This document shows positions 4,132 through 5,068 of a DNA stretch of 5,068 nucleotides, piece by piece. Origin of the DNA: a virus. Below the pieces are notes generated by a model, which was given only the letters and a program-made list of their open reading frames with translations, made no database searches and was not told the DNA's origin. How positions within the stretch are numbered: position 1 is the first letter of the stretch; each line of letters opens with the position of its first letter. The stretch is from the IMG/VR virus record IMGVR_UViG_3300029557_000069, positions 1 through 5,068 of that record. One strand, written 5' to 3'. Both the position numbers and the translations under genes were made by a program.

Positions 4132-5068
4132 TTGGCTCGAAAAATTAGAGTTCGAGGTCATCGCTTTAGCGATGCTCCTGCAATGTACATGAGGAGAACA
4201 AAATTTGACCGCTCTCATGTTTATAAAACTACTTTTAATTCAGGTAAGCTTATACCTGTTTTTGTTGATGAGATTTTGCCTGGCGATACTACTCGTATGT
4301 CTGTTAATTACTTTGCTCGTCTTTCAACTCCTGTTAAGCCTATTATGGATAACATTTATCTTGATTGGTTTTTCTTTTTTGTTCCCAACCGTCTTGTTTG
4401 GGAACACTGGCAGAATTTTTGCTTTGAGCAGGAAGACCCTGATGACAGCACTGATTATGTCATTCCTACTGTTACCGCTCTTGGTAATACTGGTAACGCT
4501 TATACTGGCTCTCTTTGGGATTATTTCGGTTTGCCCGTAAACACTGATGGTAATCTGTCTGGAATTAACGCCCTTCCGTTTCGTGCCGTTTATCTTATTT
4601 GGAACGAATGGTTTAGAGATGAAAATTTACAGAAGTCCGTAAAGATTCAAAAAGGCGATACTAACGAAGTTTTGGATTCCTCTCGTTCCTCTGATCAGCC
4701 TTCTTGGGTGTTTACCTCAGACACTAGTGTAGTTCCTGGTCTTGCTTGTCCGCCTCGCGGTAAGCGTCATGACTATTTTACTTCTGCGCTTCCCTGGACC
4801 CAAAAGGGTCCTGGAGTAGAGATTCCTCTTGTTGGTAATGCTCCTGTTTATGCTCCTTCTTCTGCTAACGTGCAGAATCCTTCTACCGATGGTATACTAT
4901 ATACTTCTAATGCTGATATTTCTGGTTCCGCTCGCCTTGGTTATGCTCGTGCCGCTCGAGGTGGTAGTTGGGTCTCTTCTATTACTGGTAACAGTGTTCC
5001 TAATGACGCCACAGCGTCCTCTTTTCAACTTTATGCCGATTTATCTAGCGTTAGTTCTGCCACTATTA
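4132..5068 (+). CDS. Major capsid protein (Microviridae F/VP1 family), 5' portion. The gene runs across the circular junction, and 4970-5068 duplicates 1-99. The full protein is 559 aa (4132..4969 joined to 1..842).
   Basis: TTG start at 4132 with SD AAGGTG at 4121-4126 (5-nt spacer). A long ORF in frame 1 is continuous across the 4969/1 junction into frame 0 of the window start. Translation MARKIRVRGHRFSDAPAMYMRRTKFDRSHVYKTTFNSGKLIPVFVDE...LACPPRGKRHDYFTSALPWT...ARGGSW is typical of Microviridae capsid proteins. T-rich third codon positions match the other genes. Confidence 0.9.
   Translation, partial: MARKIRVRGHRFSDAPAMYMRRTKFDRSHVYKTTFNSGKLIPVFVDEILPGDTTRMSVNYFARLSTPVKPIMDNIYLDWFFFFVPNRLVWEHWQNFCFEQEDPDDSTDYVIPTVTALGNTGNAYTGSLWDYFGLPVNTDGNLSGINALPFRAVYLIWNEWFRDENLQKSVKIQKGDTNEVLDSSRSSDQPSWVFTSDTSVVPGLACPPRGKRHDYFTSALPWTQKGPGVEIPLVGNAPVYAPSSANVQNPSTDGILYTSNADISGSARLGYARAARGGSWVSSITGNSVPNDATASSFQLYADLSSVSSATI
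4970..5068. repeat. Terminal redundancy: 4970-5068 is identical to 1-99. This is the signature of a circular genome (unit length 4969 nt) linearised with an overlap.
   Basis: Exact 99/99 match by direct comparison of the two ends. The capsid reading frame is continuous across the implied junction. Confidence 0.95.

Noticed and set aside
1-5068. CRISPR arrays, tRNA/rRNA genes, integrase or transposase, attachment-site repeats
   Set aside because: No short regularly spaced repeats, no cloverleaf-capable segments and no recombinase-like ORFs were seen. The only long repeat is the 99-nt terminal overlap attributable to circular genome assembly.

Overview
The window appears to be a complete circular ssDNA microvirus genome (family Microviridae, most like gokushovirus-type phages) of about 4969 nt. 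The first 99 nt are repeated exactly at 4970-5068, so the window is circularly permuted with a 99-nt overlap. All credible genes are on the + strand, which is typical of Microviridae. A 559-aa major capsid protein (F/VP1 family) spans the window junction (4132..end, continuing 1..842). It is followed by a 242-aa DNA pilot/minor capsid protein (VP2-like), a 79-aa protein with a single N-terminal transmembrane helix, and a 36-aa arginine-rich J/ORF8-like DNA-binding peptide that the ORF track missed (translationally coupled through an ATGA overlap). Next is a 303-aa rolling-circle replication initiator (VP4/A-like) with the HUH motif, a YxxxY two-tyrosine motif and an N-terminal Cys cluster. Two small overlapping hypothetical ORFs follow, then an acidic 160-aa putative internal scaffolding protein (VP3-like). 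Regulatory signals are unusually clear: near-consensus sigma70 promoters at 1932-1960, 2873-2901 and 3396-3424, strong AAGGAG-type Shine-Dalgarno sites before almost every gene, a canonical intrinsic terminator at 3447-3477, and two large hairpins in the VP3-VP1 intergenic region. Most worth follow-up: the small TM protein as a candidate lysis or membrane-targeting gene; the intergenic hairpins as a candidate origin or priming site, since one loop carries the phiX ori core heptamer ACTTGAT; a GC-rich dyad island in front of VP3; and the ambiguous pair of ORFs downstream of Rep. All minus-strand ORFs and the hydrophobic +1-frame ORFs in the track look like artefacts of strong T-bias at codon position 3.
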